A stretch of DNA of 64,000 nucleotides from assembly GCA_937927515.1 (NCBI GenBank), contig CALBDO010000001.1, positions 21,773 to 85,772 on the forward strand, written 5' to 3'. Position numbers and translations under genes: made by a program. This DNA is from Candidatus Kapaibacterium sp. (GTDB lineage: Bacteria > Bacteroidota > Ignavibacteria > Kapaibacteriales > UBA2268). The notes beneath the pieces were generated by a model. It had not been told where the DNA came from, did no database searches, and worked only from the letters and a program-made list of their open reading frames with translations. How positions within the stretch are numbered: the stretch's first letter is position 1; every line of letters starts with the position of its first letter. Shown piece by piece: positions 28,280-38,589 of the stretch.

Positions 28280-29514
28280 AAAATATCTCTACTTTGATTT
28301 TTCTGCTTGCCTTGGGTGTTTTCTCCTTTACAAAAGAATTAACCCAATATGTCAGTTATACCGTACAAAAAGGAGACAGAGTTGAAAAAATTTATAAAAA
28401 GTTTCTTTTGCCTCTTAATAACGAAAATTACGAATACTTTCTAAAACTAAACACTAAAAAAACAGACAAAAATCTAAAGTTAATGCTCAACGTAAAATAC
28501 AAACTACCAATTCTAAAATTAAAAGAGTCTGAATTGGAAAAATTTCTGAGAAGCATTATCAACGAGGATTCTATTACTTTTGTTAAAACGCAAATTATTG
28601 AATACAACAGAGATATAAACACCCGAGGACTTAAGGAAAACAAAACTGAAATATGGATACCCCTCTACTTGATTAAAAATTACACGGAGCAAATCCAAAA
28701 TTTACCCACAACGAATATTAGTTCAAAAAAAAATACTCTTGCTAGAAATAAATTATATTTTCCATTCTATGGAGAAGATGTCAAAATAAAAGTCAAATCT
28801 AATTTGCTTTCCGATTATGTTTTTTATTTAATCAGCGGACACGGTGGCCCAGACCCTGGTGCAATTGGAATTTATGAAGGGCAAGAACTTCACGAAGATG
28901 AATATGCTTATGATATTACCCTTCGGCTAGCAAAGTATTTGGAAATGAATGGTGCAAAAGTTTATATGATTACAATAGACACAATTGACGGAATTCGAGA
29001 TGATAAATTTCTTACTCCAAGTTACAAAGAAGTTTACTATGGTGGGGTTGTAATACCACAGAATCAAAAGGAAAGATTAGAGCTTTCTGCTAAAATCTTA
29101 AACGAGCTTTACTTAAATGAAATAAAAGGGAAGAAGAAACACCACATTTCAATTAATATTCACTTAGACTCTCGTTCGGAAGAAGAAAAAATCGATGTTT
29201 TTTTTTATTACCAGGAAAACAATGAAGATAGTAAATTCGTTGCGGAATCTTTGAGGAATACCTTCGAAGAGCAGTACAACAAACACCAGCCTGGGAGAGG
29301 TTACAGAGGTACTATCGAAACAAGGAATCTTTTTATGCTGCGCAATTCACTTCCAACAACTGTTTATATCGAGCTTGGGAACATTCGGAATCGAAATAAC
29401 CAAATTCGATTTATTGAAAGAAACAACAGAGATGCTCTTGCTAAATGGATTTGTTTTGGATTGATTAAGTACGCTAAACTTAAAAAAACACCAAAAAGCA
29501 ACAAAATAAAATAA
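28276..29514 (+). CDS. N-acetylmuramoyl-L-alanine amidase (Amidase_3 family) with an N-terminal LysM-like segment.
   Basis: The ISGHGGPDPGAIG zinc-binding start of the Amidase_3 fold is present, followed by a downstream E and the H..D region (INIHLDSRS). The N-terminal YTVQKGDRVEKIYKKF resembles LysM. Its start overlaps the mutS stop by 4 nt. Confidence 0.7.
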   Translation: MKNISTLIFLLALGVFSFTKELTQYVSYTVQKGDRVEKIYKKFLLPLNNENYEYFLKLNTKKTDKNLKLMLNVKYKLPILKLKESELEKFLRSIINEDSITFVKTQIIEYNRDINTRGLKENKTEIWIPLYLIKNYTEQIQNLPTTNISSKKNTLARNKLYFPFYGEDVKIKVKSNLLSDYVFYLISGHGGPDPGAIGIYEGQELHEDEYAYDITLRLAKYLEMNGAKVYMITIDTIDGIRDDKFLTPSYKEVYYGGVVIPQNQKERLELSAKILNELYLNEIKGKKKHHISINIHLDSRSEEEKIDVFFYYQENNEDSKFVAESLRNTFEEQYNKHQPGRGYRGTIETRNLFMLRNSLPTTVYIELGNIRNRNNQIRFIERNNRDALAKWICFGLIKYAKLKKTPKSNKIK

Positions 29515-29580
29515 AAGCATAATTCAATTCATAGGTTTAATTCTTGTTTAGTTAATTTTGTTTTTTAAAATGAGGATAAT

Positions 29581-30825
29581 ATGAACGTACTGGTTTTAAA
29601 CTGTGGGAGTTCATCTTTAAAATTCCAAATTATACAAACAGATTTAGAGGCAATAAAGAACGACCAAGACAAAATGTTAGCCAAAGGCTACATAGAAAGA
29701 ATCGGAAGCCAGGCAATCATAACTTTACAAGCAACTGGACATTTGCCTTTTCGAACTGCCGAGCCCATACGCGACCACAAATCTGCTTTGAACTATGTTT
29801 TAAGATGGATCACCGACCCAAATACTAAAATCGAAGGGGTCTCCGATTTATCCGATATACACGCAATTGGACATAGAATCGTTCACGGTGCAGAAAGACT
29901 GAAAAAGTCTACACTTATTGATGAAAATGTGATAGACCAAATCGAGGAATGCATACCATTAGCACCATTACATAACCCACCAAATCTCAAGGGAGTGTAT
30001 GCAGCACGCGAAATTTTCCCGGGCATTCCACAAGTTGCCGTATTCGACACCGCTTTTCATTCGACAATGCCGGAAGAAAATTATTTATATGCCATTCCAT
30101 ACCAACTTTATAGAAGATTTAAAATTAGAAAATATGGATTTCATGGAACTTCACATAGATACATTGCTTATCGATATAGAAGGCTCAAAGGTATTGAAAG
30201 GGAACAAGTTAATATTATTACCTTACATCTTGGAAATGGCTGTTCTGCATGCGCTATAAAAAATGGATTTTCCTTGGATACCTCTATGGGTATGACCCCC
30301 TTGGAAGGGCTTGTAATGGGTACTCGCTCCGGTGACATCGACCCAGCGATAATCGAATTTTTAATACACAACGAAGGCTCCTCTGTCGAAGAAGTTTTCA
30401 ATGTATTAAACAAGCGCTCTGGCTTGCTTGGAATTTCTGGACTAACAAATGACATGCGCGACTTATTAGAAGAAGAAAGAGAACATCAGGACCGAAGAGC
30501 AAGCTTGGCAATCAACATTTTTTGCAATAGAATCAAAAAATACATTGGGGCATACCTTGCTGAATTAAATGGTTGTGACGCTATTTGCTTCACAGGAGGT
30601 ATAGGTGAAAATTCTCCAGAGGTTCGTAGGAGATGCCTTTCAAACTTGGATTATTTTGGAATCAAGTTAGACGATGAATTGAACGAAAAGGCTGTAGGCG
30701 TCAAAGAGATGAAAATTTCAGCTACGGATAGTAAAATTGAGATTTATGTAATTGCAACAAATGAAGAGCTCCTTATTGCCCGCGACACCTTGCGGGTTGT
30801 TTTAAACGTACCTAGAATTTGGTAA
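29581..30825 (+). CDS. ackA: Acetate kinase.
   Basis: The N-terminal VLVLNCGSSSLKFQ and ...HLGNGCS... regions and the C-terminal IGENS motif are present (414 aa). An AGGA Shine-Dalgarno-like motif lies upstream. Confidence 0.95.
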   Translation: MNVLVLNCGSSSLKFQIIQTDLEAIKNDQDKMLAKGYIERIGSQAIITLQATGHLPFRTAEPIRDHKSALNYVLRWITDPNTKIEGVSDLSDIHAIGHRIVHGAERLKKSTLIDENVIDQIEECIPLAPLHNPPNLKGVYAAREIFPGIPQVAVFDTAFHSTMPEENYLYAIPYQLYRRFKIRKYGFHGTSHRYIAYRYRRLKGIEREQVNIITLHLGNGCSACAIKNGFSLDTSMGMTPLEGLVMGTRSGDIDPAIIEFLIHNEGSSVEEVFNVLNKRSGLLGISGLTNDMRDLLEEEREHQDRRASLAINIFCNRIKKYIGAYLAELNGCDAICFTGGIGENSPEVRRRCLSNLDYFGIKLDDELNEKAVGVKEMKISATDSKIEIYVIATNEELLIARDTLRVVLNVPRIW

Positions 30826-30846
30826 AAAATTAGAAAGGAATTTGTT

Positions 30847-31836
30847 ATGAGTGGTGATTTTATTTCTACAATACGTGAAAAAGCCAAAGGTTTGAATTTT
30901 CGAATAGCTTATCCAGATTCGGAAGATGTACGAACATTGAAAACAGCGCGCTATATTTTCGATTACGGGCTTGGCAGGCCCGTCTTGGTTGGAAATTCAC
31001 AAGCAATTCACAACTTAGCTGAAAAAGAAGCCATCAGCTTAGAAAATATTGAAATACTCGAACCTACTAATTCCGAGAGATACGAAGATTTTGCACAAAA
31101 ACTTTATGAAAAACGCAAATCAAAAGGAATGACACTCGACCAAGCTAGGTCCCTCGTAGCTCAGCCAATATATTTTGCCGGCATGCTGTTAGATTCTAAC
31201 GAGGTCGAAGTTGTCGTTGGTGGTAATGTTTCATCAACTGGAGACATAATTCGCTCTGCTATTTATACTGTTGGCGTTGCCCCGGGTATCTCCATTGTTA
31301 GTAGCTATTTCATCATGGTATTTCCAGACAAGTTATTATGTTTTGCCGATTGTGCTGTCAATCCAGACCCCACTGCAGAGCAGCTTGCAGATATTGCGAT
31401 TACTTCAGCTAATAATTTCCGAGCGGTTACTGGACTTACACCTTATGTGGCTATGTTATCTTTTTCCACAAAAGGCAGTGCAACACATCCACATGTTGAT
31501 AAAGTAATTCAAGCAACGAAAATTGCCAAGGAGAAAGCCCCTGATTTGATGATTGATGGGGAGCTCCAAGCCGACGCAGCCCTGGTACCCTCTGTCGGTG
31601 AAAGAAAATGCAAAGGGTCGCAAGTGGCTGGAAAAGCAAATGTTTTGATATTTCCAGACCTCGACGCTGGCAATATTGGTTACAAACTTACCGAGAGATT
31701 GGCAGGCGCTTTGGCAGTTGGACCAATTGTTCAAGGTTTAAGCAAACCCTACTGCGACTTATCTCGAGGTTGCAGTGTAGAAGATATGATAAATGTTTCG
31801 TGCATTTGCTCTTTAATGGCTAAGGGCATGGTTTAA
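30847..31836 (+). CDS. pta: Phosphate acetyltransferase (short, ~330-aa form).
   Basis: It sits immediately downstream of ackA. The ...SDIIRSAIYTVG... and C-terminal ...GPIVQGLSKPYCDLSRGCSVEDMINV... regions are typical of the Pta/Ptb family. Confidence 0.9.
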   Translation: MSGDFISTIREKAKGLNFRIAYPDSEDVRTLKTARYIFDYGLGRPVLVGNSQAIHNLAEKEAISLENIEILEPTNSERYEDFAQKLYEKRKSKGMTLDQARSLVAQPIYFAGMLLDSNEVEVVVGGNVSSTGDIIRSAIYTVGVAPGISIVSSYFIMVFPDKLLCFADCAVNPDPTAEQLADIAITSANNFRAVTGLTPYVAMLSFSTKGSATHPHVDKVIQATKIAKEKAPDLMIDGELQADAALVPSVGERKCKGSQVAGKANVLIFPDLDAGNIGYKLTERLAGALAVGPIVQGLSKPYCDLSRGCSVEDMINVSCICSLMAKGMV

Positions 31837-31945
31837 CTTAAGCCTTCAGGGGAATCTACATTTTAAGCAAAAAGCAAGATTTTTTGCAGATGATAAGTAT
31901 TTTTATTAAGCCTAAAATATTCTGGAGGTCAAAAAGGCAACGTAG

Positions 31946-32860
31946 TTATTGCGTATTTAATTTTGGTGCAAAATATTTTGCAATACCGTATCTTAAACCT
32001 TTGTCGCTAACTATAACAGAGTCGATTTGAAAATACTCGCAAAATGTCTCGAGAATGATTGTTCCTATGGTGATGACATCAGCTCGCAATCTTGGAACGT
32101 AAAGTCGACTTACAATTTCTTCAATACTCATCGAAAGAAACAAATTCTTTGCTTGTGTAATTTTATTAAGAGGAAGAGTATAATTGTCCACTTTGGTGCT
32201 ATCATAAACCTTCAAATTTTGTACAACAGCTGCAATAGTTGTGGGTGTTCCCGCCACGGCATAGATTCTACCTTGAACAACTTCTCGGCTAATTTTTTGG
32301 AAATGTTGAATTAGAAAATCTTTTACTTCATTAAGTGCTTTTTCATCTGGAGGATGACTTTTAACATATGTTTCAGTTAATTTTACAACACCAAAACCAA
32401 AAGATTTTCTAAATGAAATGTTACTATTCTCTCCTGCAATCAATTCCGTACTACCACCCCCAATATCAATGACAACAGAATAGCTCTCATCCTGAACAGT
32501 ACCAATAAAACTCAAAAAAGCCTCGAATTCCCCATCAATAGGCATCACAGAAATACCAACTTCATTCTCAATCCTCTGTATGACTAAATTGGAATTTTTA
32601 GCTTCTCGAATAGCAGAGGTCCCAACACACAGTACTTTCTCTACCTGATATTCAGTGATGTGTTTATTATATTCCTTCAAAATATCAATGGCACGTTCCA
32701 AAGCAATAGAAGAAATTTCTTTGGTTTGATTTAATCCTTCACCAAGCCTTGCAATTGCGTGAAAGTCTGCAATAGGATTAACCTCGCCAGAGATATTAAC
32801 TTCGGCAATTAACATTAGTATAGTATTTGTCCCAAGGTCAATTGCTGCTACTCTCATCAT
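31946..32860 (-). CDS. ppx: Ppx/GppA-family phosphatase (exopolyphosphatase / pppGpp phosphohydrolase), short ~300-aa form without an HD domain.
   Basis: The actin-like ATPase fold N-terminus MRVAAIDLGTNTILMLIAEV is present. The second domain carries ...IDIGGGSTELI.... Confidence 0.8.
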   Translation of the reverse strand: MMRVAAIDLGTNTILMLIAEVNISGEVNPIADFHAIARLGEGLNQTKEISSIALERAIDILKEYNKHITEYQVEKVLCVGTSAIREAKNSNLVIQRIENEVGISVMPIDGEFEAFLSFIGTVQDESYSVVIDIGGGSTELIAGENSNISFRKSFGFGVVKLTETYVKSHPPDEKALNEVKDFLIQHFQKISREVVQGRIYAVAGTPTTIAAVVQNLKVYDSTKVDNYTLPLNKITQAKNLFLSMSIEEIVSRLYVPRLRADVITIGTIILETFCEYFQIDSVIVSDKGLRYGIAKYFAPKLNTQ

Positions 32861-33713
32861 TAGCCCTAGGAATCAATACAGCTCCAAACCATTCTTCCTC
32901 TTTCAAAACTTCAATTAAAGTAAAGTTGTTCTTTACGCAATCAAATTCAAAGTCGTCAAAATCATAAATTAAAACTCCACTGACGATGACGATACCGTTA
33001 GACATTTCTACAGAATTATAAAACTTCTTCAAATTTCGAACAATTATGTCATAATTCAAATTGGCCAGTATGCCATCTGCAATTGGAAGTTCTGGCAACG
33101 TATCGATATCCATTTCAATCAAATCGATACCAGAGGAAATGTTGTTATTTTTAATATTCTCCGTAGCATTTTCTATAGCCCAAGAGCTATTGTCTATTGC
33201 AAGAACCTCTCTCGCCCCGAGCTTCCTTGCAAGTATTGCCAAAATCCCAGTGCCAGTTCCAACATCAATCCAAAAACTACCCGGTTGAACAAATTTTTCT
33301 GCCAATTTTATCATTATTCGAGTTGAAGCATGATGTCCAGTACCGAATGACATTTTTGGGTCGATAACCAACTCAATTTGTTTCCCCGTTGTACCTAATT
33401 TATTAAAAGGAACGACAGCAACTTTTTTGCTAACAATAACTGGCATCAAATTTTTTTCCCACTCCTCATTCCAATTTCTATCCTCTATAGTTTCGATTTT
33501 TCTAATTGATGCATTAGGGTCCACAAGTTTAACTGATTCCACAAAGAATTCATAATCAACAGCTTTCCAATCCCCTTCTTTGAATGTAACTATAAATGTG
33601 TCATTTTTTTCTTCTATTCCTTGGATAGGGAAGTTGCACAATATTCCAACTATATTGTCGGAATATTCTTCCTTACTTTCAATTGTTACAAAGACATACT
33701 TTTCAATTTGCAT
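32838..33713 (-). CDS. prmA: Ribosomal protein L11 methyltransferase.
   Basis: The PrmA signature FGTGHHASTR and the SAM-binding DVGTGTGILAI are both present. Confidence 0.9.
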   Translation of the reverse strand: MQIEKYVFVTIESKEEYSDNIVGILCNFPIQGIEEKNDTFIVTFKEGDWKAVDYEFFVESVKLVDPNASIRKIETIEDRNWNEEWEKNLMPVIVSKKVAVVPFNKLGTTGKQIELVIDPKMSFGTGHHASTRIMIKLAEKFVQPGSFWIDVGTGTGILAILARKLGAREVLAIDNSSWAIENATENIKNNNISSGIDLIEMDIDTLPELPIADGILANLNYDIIVRNLKKFYNSVEMSNGIVIVSGVLIYDFDDFEFDCVKNNFTLIEVLKEEEWFGAVLIPRANDESSSN

Positions 33714-33714
33714 T

Positions 33715-35787
33715 TTAAACTTTGTTAAACTCTTTTATGAAATATTCAAAATTAGTAATAGGTTTGCTACAAGAAAAATTATTGCAGAAATAAATTGTCG
33801 TTTTATTTTCAATTGGCTTATAATCTTTCCAATAAACAAATTCACAATCGAGCGTCCCTTTAGGATTGTAAAAAACAACAAAAATTGATGGATTAAAATT
33901 CTCTGCAAAAAATTTTCTACATTTTTGATAAAATGTATCGTCGGGGTCTTCCCAAATGATAATGATTTCAGAAGTGTGAAGAAAATTATCGACAAAAGCG
34001 TAATTAAAGAAATTATATCCTAAAGGATTATCAAGACAAAATTTTGCATAAGTAAGTTCCAGTTGGTCAGAAATTTCTTTAAAACGTTTATCGGAGGTTA
34101 TCAAATAAAATTTTTGTAAGATATAATACATCATCGAATTACCAGAGGGAATAGAACCATCAAAAAACTCAACTGGAATTATTGGAAGTTCATTATTGGA
34201 AATTCTGGTAAATTTAAAAGCTTTTTCATTAGGGTCCCAGAACAATTCAATTGCTTTATTTAGTAGTTGATATGCAAGTTTTAAACAGTGATAATTGTGT
34301 GTTTTATTAAAAATTTCATAAAAAGCAAAAATTGAGAATGCATAATCATCCAAAAAGCCATCAATTCTACTTTCTCCATCAACGAACATATGAAAAATTG
34401 TACCATCGGATTTGGAAAGAATATGCAAGAAAAAATCAACATAGTTGTGCAAAATTTCTAGCGCTTCCTTGGAATTTGTAATTGAATAATAATTTGCAAG
34501 CCCAGCTATCATCAACCCATTCCAATCGGTAAGAATTTTTTTATCTTTAAATGGTTTGCTCCTTTTCTCACGATATTTGAATAAATGATTACGCCATTTT
34601 GTCAAATTTTCGATAAGTTGGTCCACCGGTATTTGTTCCCTAACAGAAATCTCTTCTAAAGAAGTTGACATATATAAAAGGTTCTTGTTTTGAGCATGAC
34701 CAAAAGGGTCGTCGAAATTCCCCAATGGAGAAACTGAATAAATTTTCTTAAAAATATCAAAATCATCTCTAATTAAAGTTTCCAACTCATCATAATCAAA
34801 TAGATAAAATTTGCCTTCGACCCCTTCACTATCAGCATCCTCACTCGAATAGAAAGCTTTCTTATCGTACAGTAGTTCACGAAAAGAGTACTCGACTATC
34901 TCATCTGCCACTTTTCGAAAAAATTCATTTCTTGTAACCTTATAAGCTTGTGAATATGTATATAGCAACAATCCTTGGTCGTACAGCATTTTTTCGAAAT
35001 GGGGCAAAACCCAACGACTATCGGTCGAGTATCTATGAAAGCCAAAACCTATGTGGTCGAAAATGCCGCCCAGTCGCATTTTCTTCAAAGTATGTTCAAC
35101 CATTTCAATAGAATTTTCCTGCCTATGCAACAAATAATAATTGATTAAGAAAAGTAAATTGTGGGGAGTTGGGAACTTTGGAGCAGAGCCAAAGCCACCA
35201 TTAATTTTGTCAAATGTAAGTTCTAAACTTTTAAACGCTTCGTTAATTAAAAACTTATCAAGAACTTTACCTTCATAGGTGTTATTACTTTGCAAAAGAT
35301 ACTCTAAAAGATTTTTTGTAGAATTCTCAACATCTTCTCTTCGTGTTTTCCATACCCTTTCCACATTACGTGCCAAGTCAACTAGACCTATCCGATTGAT
35401 ATAAGAGTACTTTGGGAAATAAGTACCTGCAAAAAATGGCTTTTTATCTGGTGTCATTATAATTGTCAAGGGCCATCCTCCATTACCTGTCATCATTTGA
35501 CAAACCTTCATGTAAAATGCATCTATATCTGGCCTTTCTTCTCGGTCTACTTTAATGCAAACAAACACTTCGTTTAAAATTTCTGATACTTCTGGGTCGT
35601 TAAAACTTTCCTGTTCCATAACGTGGCACCAATGGCATGTGGAATACCCTATAGAGAGAAAGATAGGTTTATCAAGCTCCTTGGCTTTATTAAAAGCCTC
35701 TTCGGACCAAGGATACCAATCAACAGGATTAAACGCATGTTGAAGCAAATACGGGCTTTTTTCATTAATCAACCTATTAGGTTTCAT
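33715..35787 (-). CDS. Thioredoxin-domain protein of the DUF255/YyaL type (N-terminal thioredoxin-like fold plus a six-hairpin, N-acylglucosamine-epimerase-like domain).
   Basis: The N-terminus reads [41 protein letters not shown], the hallmark of the DUF255 thioredoxin-like domain (CxxC = CHWC). The ~690-aa length fits the family. Confidence 0.8.
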   Translation of the reverse strand: MKPNRLINEKSPYLLQHAFNPVDWYPWSEEAFNKAKELDKPIFLSIGYSTCHWCHVMEQESFNDPEVSEILNEVFVCIKVDREERPDIDAFYMKVCQMMTGNGGWPLTIIMTPDKKPFFAGTYFPKYSYINRIGLVDLARNVERVWKTRREDVENSTKNLLEYLLQSNNTYEGKVLDKFLINEAFKSLELTFDKINGGFGSAPKFPTPHNLLFLINYYLLHRQENSIEMVEHTLKKMRLGGIFDHIGFGFHRYSTDSRWVLPHFEKMLYDQGLLLYTYSQAYKVTRNEFFRKVADEIVEYSFRELLYDKKAFYSSEDADSEGVEGKFYLFDYDELETLIRDDFDIFKKIYSVSPLGNFDDPFGHAQNKNLLYMSTSLEEISVREQIPVDQLIENLTKWRNHLFKYREKRSKPFKDKKILTDWNGLMIAGLANYYSITNSKEALEILHNYVDFFLHILSKSDGTIFHMFVDGESRIDGFLDDYAFSIFAFYEIFNKTHNYHCLKLAYQLLNKAIELFWDPNEKAFKFTRISNNELPIIPVEFFDGSIPSGNSMMYYILQKFYLITSDKRFKEISDQLELTYAKFCLDNPLGYNFFNYAFVDNFLHTSEIIIIWEDPDDTFYQKCRKFFAENFNPSIFVVFYNPKGTLDCEFVYWKDYKPIENKTTIYFCNNFSCSKPITNFEYFIKEFNKV

Positions 35788-36736
35788 TGGAATTCCTTAA
35801 GATGTGGTAATAGTTTTTGAGAAATCCCAGATATTTACTTCTTCTAATGGGGGAGTTTTTAGTGAATTCCATAAATTTCTCATAGGATAAGTTTTTTATG
35901 AACTCTTCTTTTATGTTAGTCCCAAAACGAAAGGGATAAAATTGTTTATCAGAAGATATTCTGGCTTTTTTGTTCCACGGGCACACTTCTTGACAAATAT
36001 CGCAGCCAAAAATCCAACCTTTCAAATCTATTTCATCTGGGATATTTTCATCTATTCTTTTTTCAATTGTCCAGAATGAAATACATCTACGAGAATCAAT
36101 TACTTTTGGTTTAACTATGGCTTTTGTTGGACAAGCATCAATGCATCGGGTACAACTACCACAATGTTCCTTAATGGCAAGGTCAGGCTCAAAATCAATA
36201 TTAGTTAATAAAACTCCAATAAAAAAATAAGAACCTAATTCCTTGGACAGAACAAGACTGTTTTTCCCCTGCCATCCAATGCCAGATAACACTGCCCACT
36301 GCTTTTCCAATACTGGACCAGTATCGATATAAATTTTATATTTTAAGTCAGTTACATAACCTTTTATCATATTTATAACTTGTTTAATTTTTTTAAACAT
36401 AACTTTATGATAATCATTTCCCCACGCATACCGCGAAACCTTGAAATTATCACTGTCGTGTGAAGTGTTCGTAAAATAAGAATGTGCAAAGACTATTACA
36501 GACCTAACATCAGGCATAATTAATTTGATGTCTCTACGTTTGTCTAAATTCTTCTCTAAATAAGACATTGAGGCATTGTATCCCAATGATAACCAATTGA
36601 CTAAATTATTAAATTCATGATGTAACTCTACAGGCTTCGTAAATCCAACTTTCTCAAATCCAATGAGATAGGAAAACGTTTTAATAATATCTTTTAATAT
36701 AATTGAATTATCGTAACGTTTTAAGTAAAATTCCAT
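35777..36736 (-). CDS. queG: Epoxyqueuosine reductase.
   Basis: Two 4Fe-4S ferredoxin motifs ([12 protein letters not shown] and [11 protein letters not shown]) sit C-terminal to the cobalamin-binding domain. Length and motif layout are as in QueG. Confidence 0.85.
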   Translation of the reverse strand: MEFYLKRYDNSIILKDIIKTFSYLIGFEKVGFTKPVELHHEFNNLVNWLSLGYNASMSYLEKNLDKRRDIKLIMPDVRSVIVFAHSYFTNTSHDSDNFKVSRYAWGNDYHKVMFKKIKQVINMIKGYVTDLKYKIYIDTGPVLEKQWAVLSGIGWQGKNSLVLSKELGSYFFIGVLLTNIDFEPDLAIKEHCGSCTRCIDACPTKAIVKPKVIDSRRCISFWTIEKRIDENIPDEIDLKGWIFGCDICQEVCPWNKKARISSDKQFYPFRFGTNIKEEFIKNLSYEKFMEFTKNSPIRRSKYLGFLKNYYHILRNSNET

Positions 36737-37185
36737 TTGGGGTCGCCTAAGTTATCCACGTTAATGTAAATTATTCCACCCACAACAAGAACATCTAAAA
36801 AGTGTAATTTACTAACAGAAAGTTTATTGTTAACGGAGCCGCCAGTATTTAAATCGAATGACCAACCATGTTCTGGGCAAACAATACAATCATCTTTAAC
36901 ATATCCTAAATGAAGAGATGGTCTATGTTGGTGTGGACAACTATTTTCGAATGCCAGTACTTTATCCTTAAACAAAAGAACAACAAAATTTCTGTTTAGA
37001 TTATCAAATTCTACGGCTATTGAAAGTGGTTGAAATTTATTTAGTTTATCTAATTCTAAAAGGGGGAGATATTTTTTCCCGTTAAATTCAGACAGCTTGG
37101 AGTTTTCTTCAGTACAAAACGACTTTTTCACGGACGTAATATTTTCCATCTTTAAACCCAATTCTACCAGCTGGCAGGAACGCAT
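36721..37185 (-). CDS. Small Rieske [2Fe-2S] ferredoxin-like protein.
   Basis: Rieske boxes CPHQH-(17 aa)-CPEH (CxH...CxxH) lie in a ~120-150-aa protein. The start is uncertain: both the first Met and an internal Met (MENITS...) overlap the upstream MBL gene. Confidence 0.75.
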   Translation of the reverse strand: MRSCQLVELGLKMENITSVKKSFCTEENSKLSEFNGKKYLPLLELDKLNKFQPLSIAVEFDNLNRNFVVLLFKDKVLAFENSCPHQHRPSLHLGYVKDDCIVCPEHGWSFDLNTGGSVNNKLSVSKLHFLDVLVVGGIIYINVDNLGDPKWNFT

Positions 37186-37966
37186 CGTGTTCGAATATTA
37201 TTACCCAATCCTCTTCAATTGCTTGTGAAAGTATTTCCTTTTTCTCTTTTAATGTGGTAAGTGGAAAATTGTCAAATGCAAGTATATATGGTAGATTTAA
37301 ATGCGCAGAAGTAGGAATCAAATCGGCAGCAAAATAATAAATTTGGCTTCCAAGATTTACTTTCACAGTTTGCATTGCAGGAGTGTGTCCAAACATAGGT
37401 ATAATTTCGATGAAATCAGCAAATGTAGTTTTACCTTCGAGAAATGTCACCTTACCATTTTCAAATAAAGGTACAAAATCATCTTTAATAAAGGAGCCAG
37501 CATCTTTTTCAGTTGGAGTCATTGCCCAGTCCCACTGCTCCTTTTGAACGAAATACTTTGCGTTTGGGAAAGATGGAACTATATTTCCCTCTATCCTAAT
37601 AGTAGAGCCGCCACAGTGGTCGAAATGCAAGTGGGTTAAAATTACATCGGTAATTTCATCGGGTTTTAAATTGATTTTAGTTAATACATTGGAAATATCA
37701 CTCTTATCAATATCTATTTTATAAATTTTTTGAAGTTTCTCGTTGTATTTAGTACCATTCCCAGTGTCAACTAAAATTTTCCTGTTATCGAATTCAATGT
37801 ACAAGACTCTTGCTGAAAGAGGAATACGATTTTCTTCATCAGGCTCTGTGTATGTTTTTGCCCACAAGGCTTTTGGGACGACACCAAACATAGAACCACC
37901 GTCCAAACCAAATACGCCTGTTTCAAGTGTTTTTAAAATTACATTAGACATAATTATATTTTCCAT
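37109..37966 (-). CDS. MBL-fold metallo-hydrolase.
   Basis: The HxHxDH motif THLHFDHCGG is present, followed by the downstream His/Asp ligands (FGHTPAM). Confidence 0.75.
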   Translation of the reverse strand: MENIIMSNVILKTLETGVFGLDGGSMFGVVPKALWAKTYTEPDEENRIPLSARVLYIEFDNRKILVDTGNGTKYNEKLQKIYKIDIDKSDISNVLTKINLKPDEITDVILTHLHFDHCGGSTIRIEGNIVPSFPNAKYFVQKEQWDWAMTPTEKDAGSFIKDDFVPLFENGKVTFLEGKTTFADFIEIIPMFGHTPAMQTVKVNLGSQIYYFAADLIPTSAHLNLPYILAFDNFPLTTLKEKKEILSQAIEEDWVIIFEHDAFLPAGRIGFKDGKYYVREKVVLY

Positions 37967-37969
37967 ATT

Positions 37970-38524
37970 TTAACTCCTCCACTTAATACTACACCCAAGT
38001 GATGGTTTTTGAGGGAAATCAATAGATTTATTAGCTATTAAATATTCTATTGCCAGCTTTAAATCTGTTCCTGTTACAGGTATGTCGTTTCCGGGTCGAG
38101 AGTCATCGAATTGACCGCGATACACTAATTTCATATCTTTGTCATACAAGAAAAAGTCGGGAGTACAGGTTGCTCCAAAAGCTTTGGCAACCTCTTGAGT
38201 TTCGTCCAAAAGGTACGGAAAATGATATCCATATTTTTGTGCATATTCGACCATTTTCTCGGGGCTATCTTCTGGATAACGAGAATAATCATTAGGATTG
38301 ATTGCAACGATGTTTATCTTGTCCAAATATTTGTTTGTTATTTCAACTAATTTTTCAATTATGTGTTTAACATAAGGACAGTGATTGCACAAAAATATTA
38401 TAAGCGTGGGCTTTCCGTTGTATAACTTTTCTGATGAAAATTCATTTCCAGTTATTACATCAAGTAATCTAAATGTAGGCAAATTACTTCCAAGTGGAAC
38501 CATTTTAGACTCTGTTGCAGCCAT
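37970..38524 (-). CDS. Thioredoxin-fold (redoxin/thiol-disulfide oxidoreductase-like) protein.
   Basis: A CxxC-type motif IIFLCNHCPYVKH lies in a thioredoxin-fold context (length 184 aa). Confidence 0.65.
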   Translation of the reverse strand: MAATESKMVPLGSNLPTFRLLDVITGNEFSSEKLYNGKPTLIIFLCNHCPYVKHIIEKLVEITNKYLDKINIVAINPNDYSRYPEDSPEKMVEYAQKYGYHFPYLLDETQEVAKAFGATCTPDFFLYDKDMKLVYRGQFDDSRPGNDIPVTGTDLKLAIEYLIANKSIDFPQKPSLGCSIKWRS

Positions 38525-38589
38525 AATACCTCCGAAAAAAAAATTAGGGACGTTTAATAATTGATTTAATTTTATCTAAAAATGGAGGA

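Noticed and set aside
31837-31945. Possible terminator hairpin between the convergent pta and ppx genes
   Set aside because: Only weak, imperfect inverted repeats are present (cttaag...cttaaa) with no convincing stem plus U-tract.
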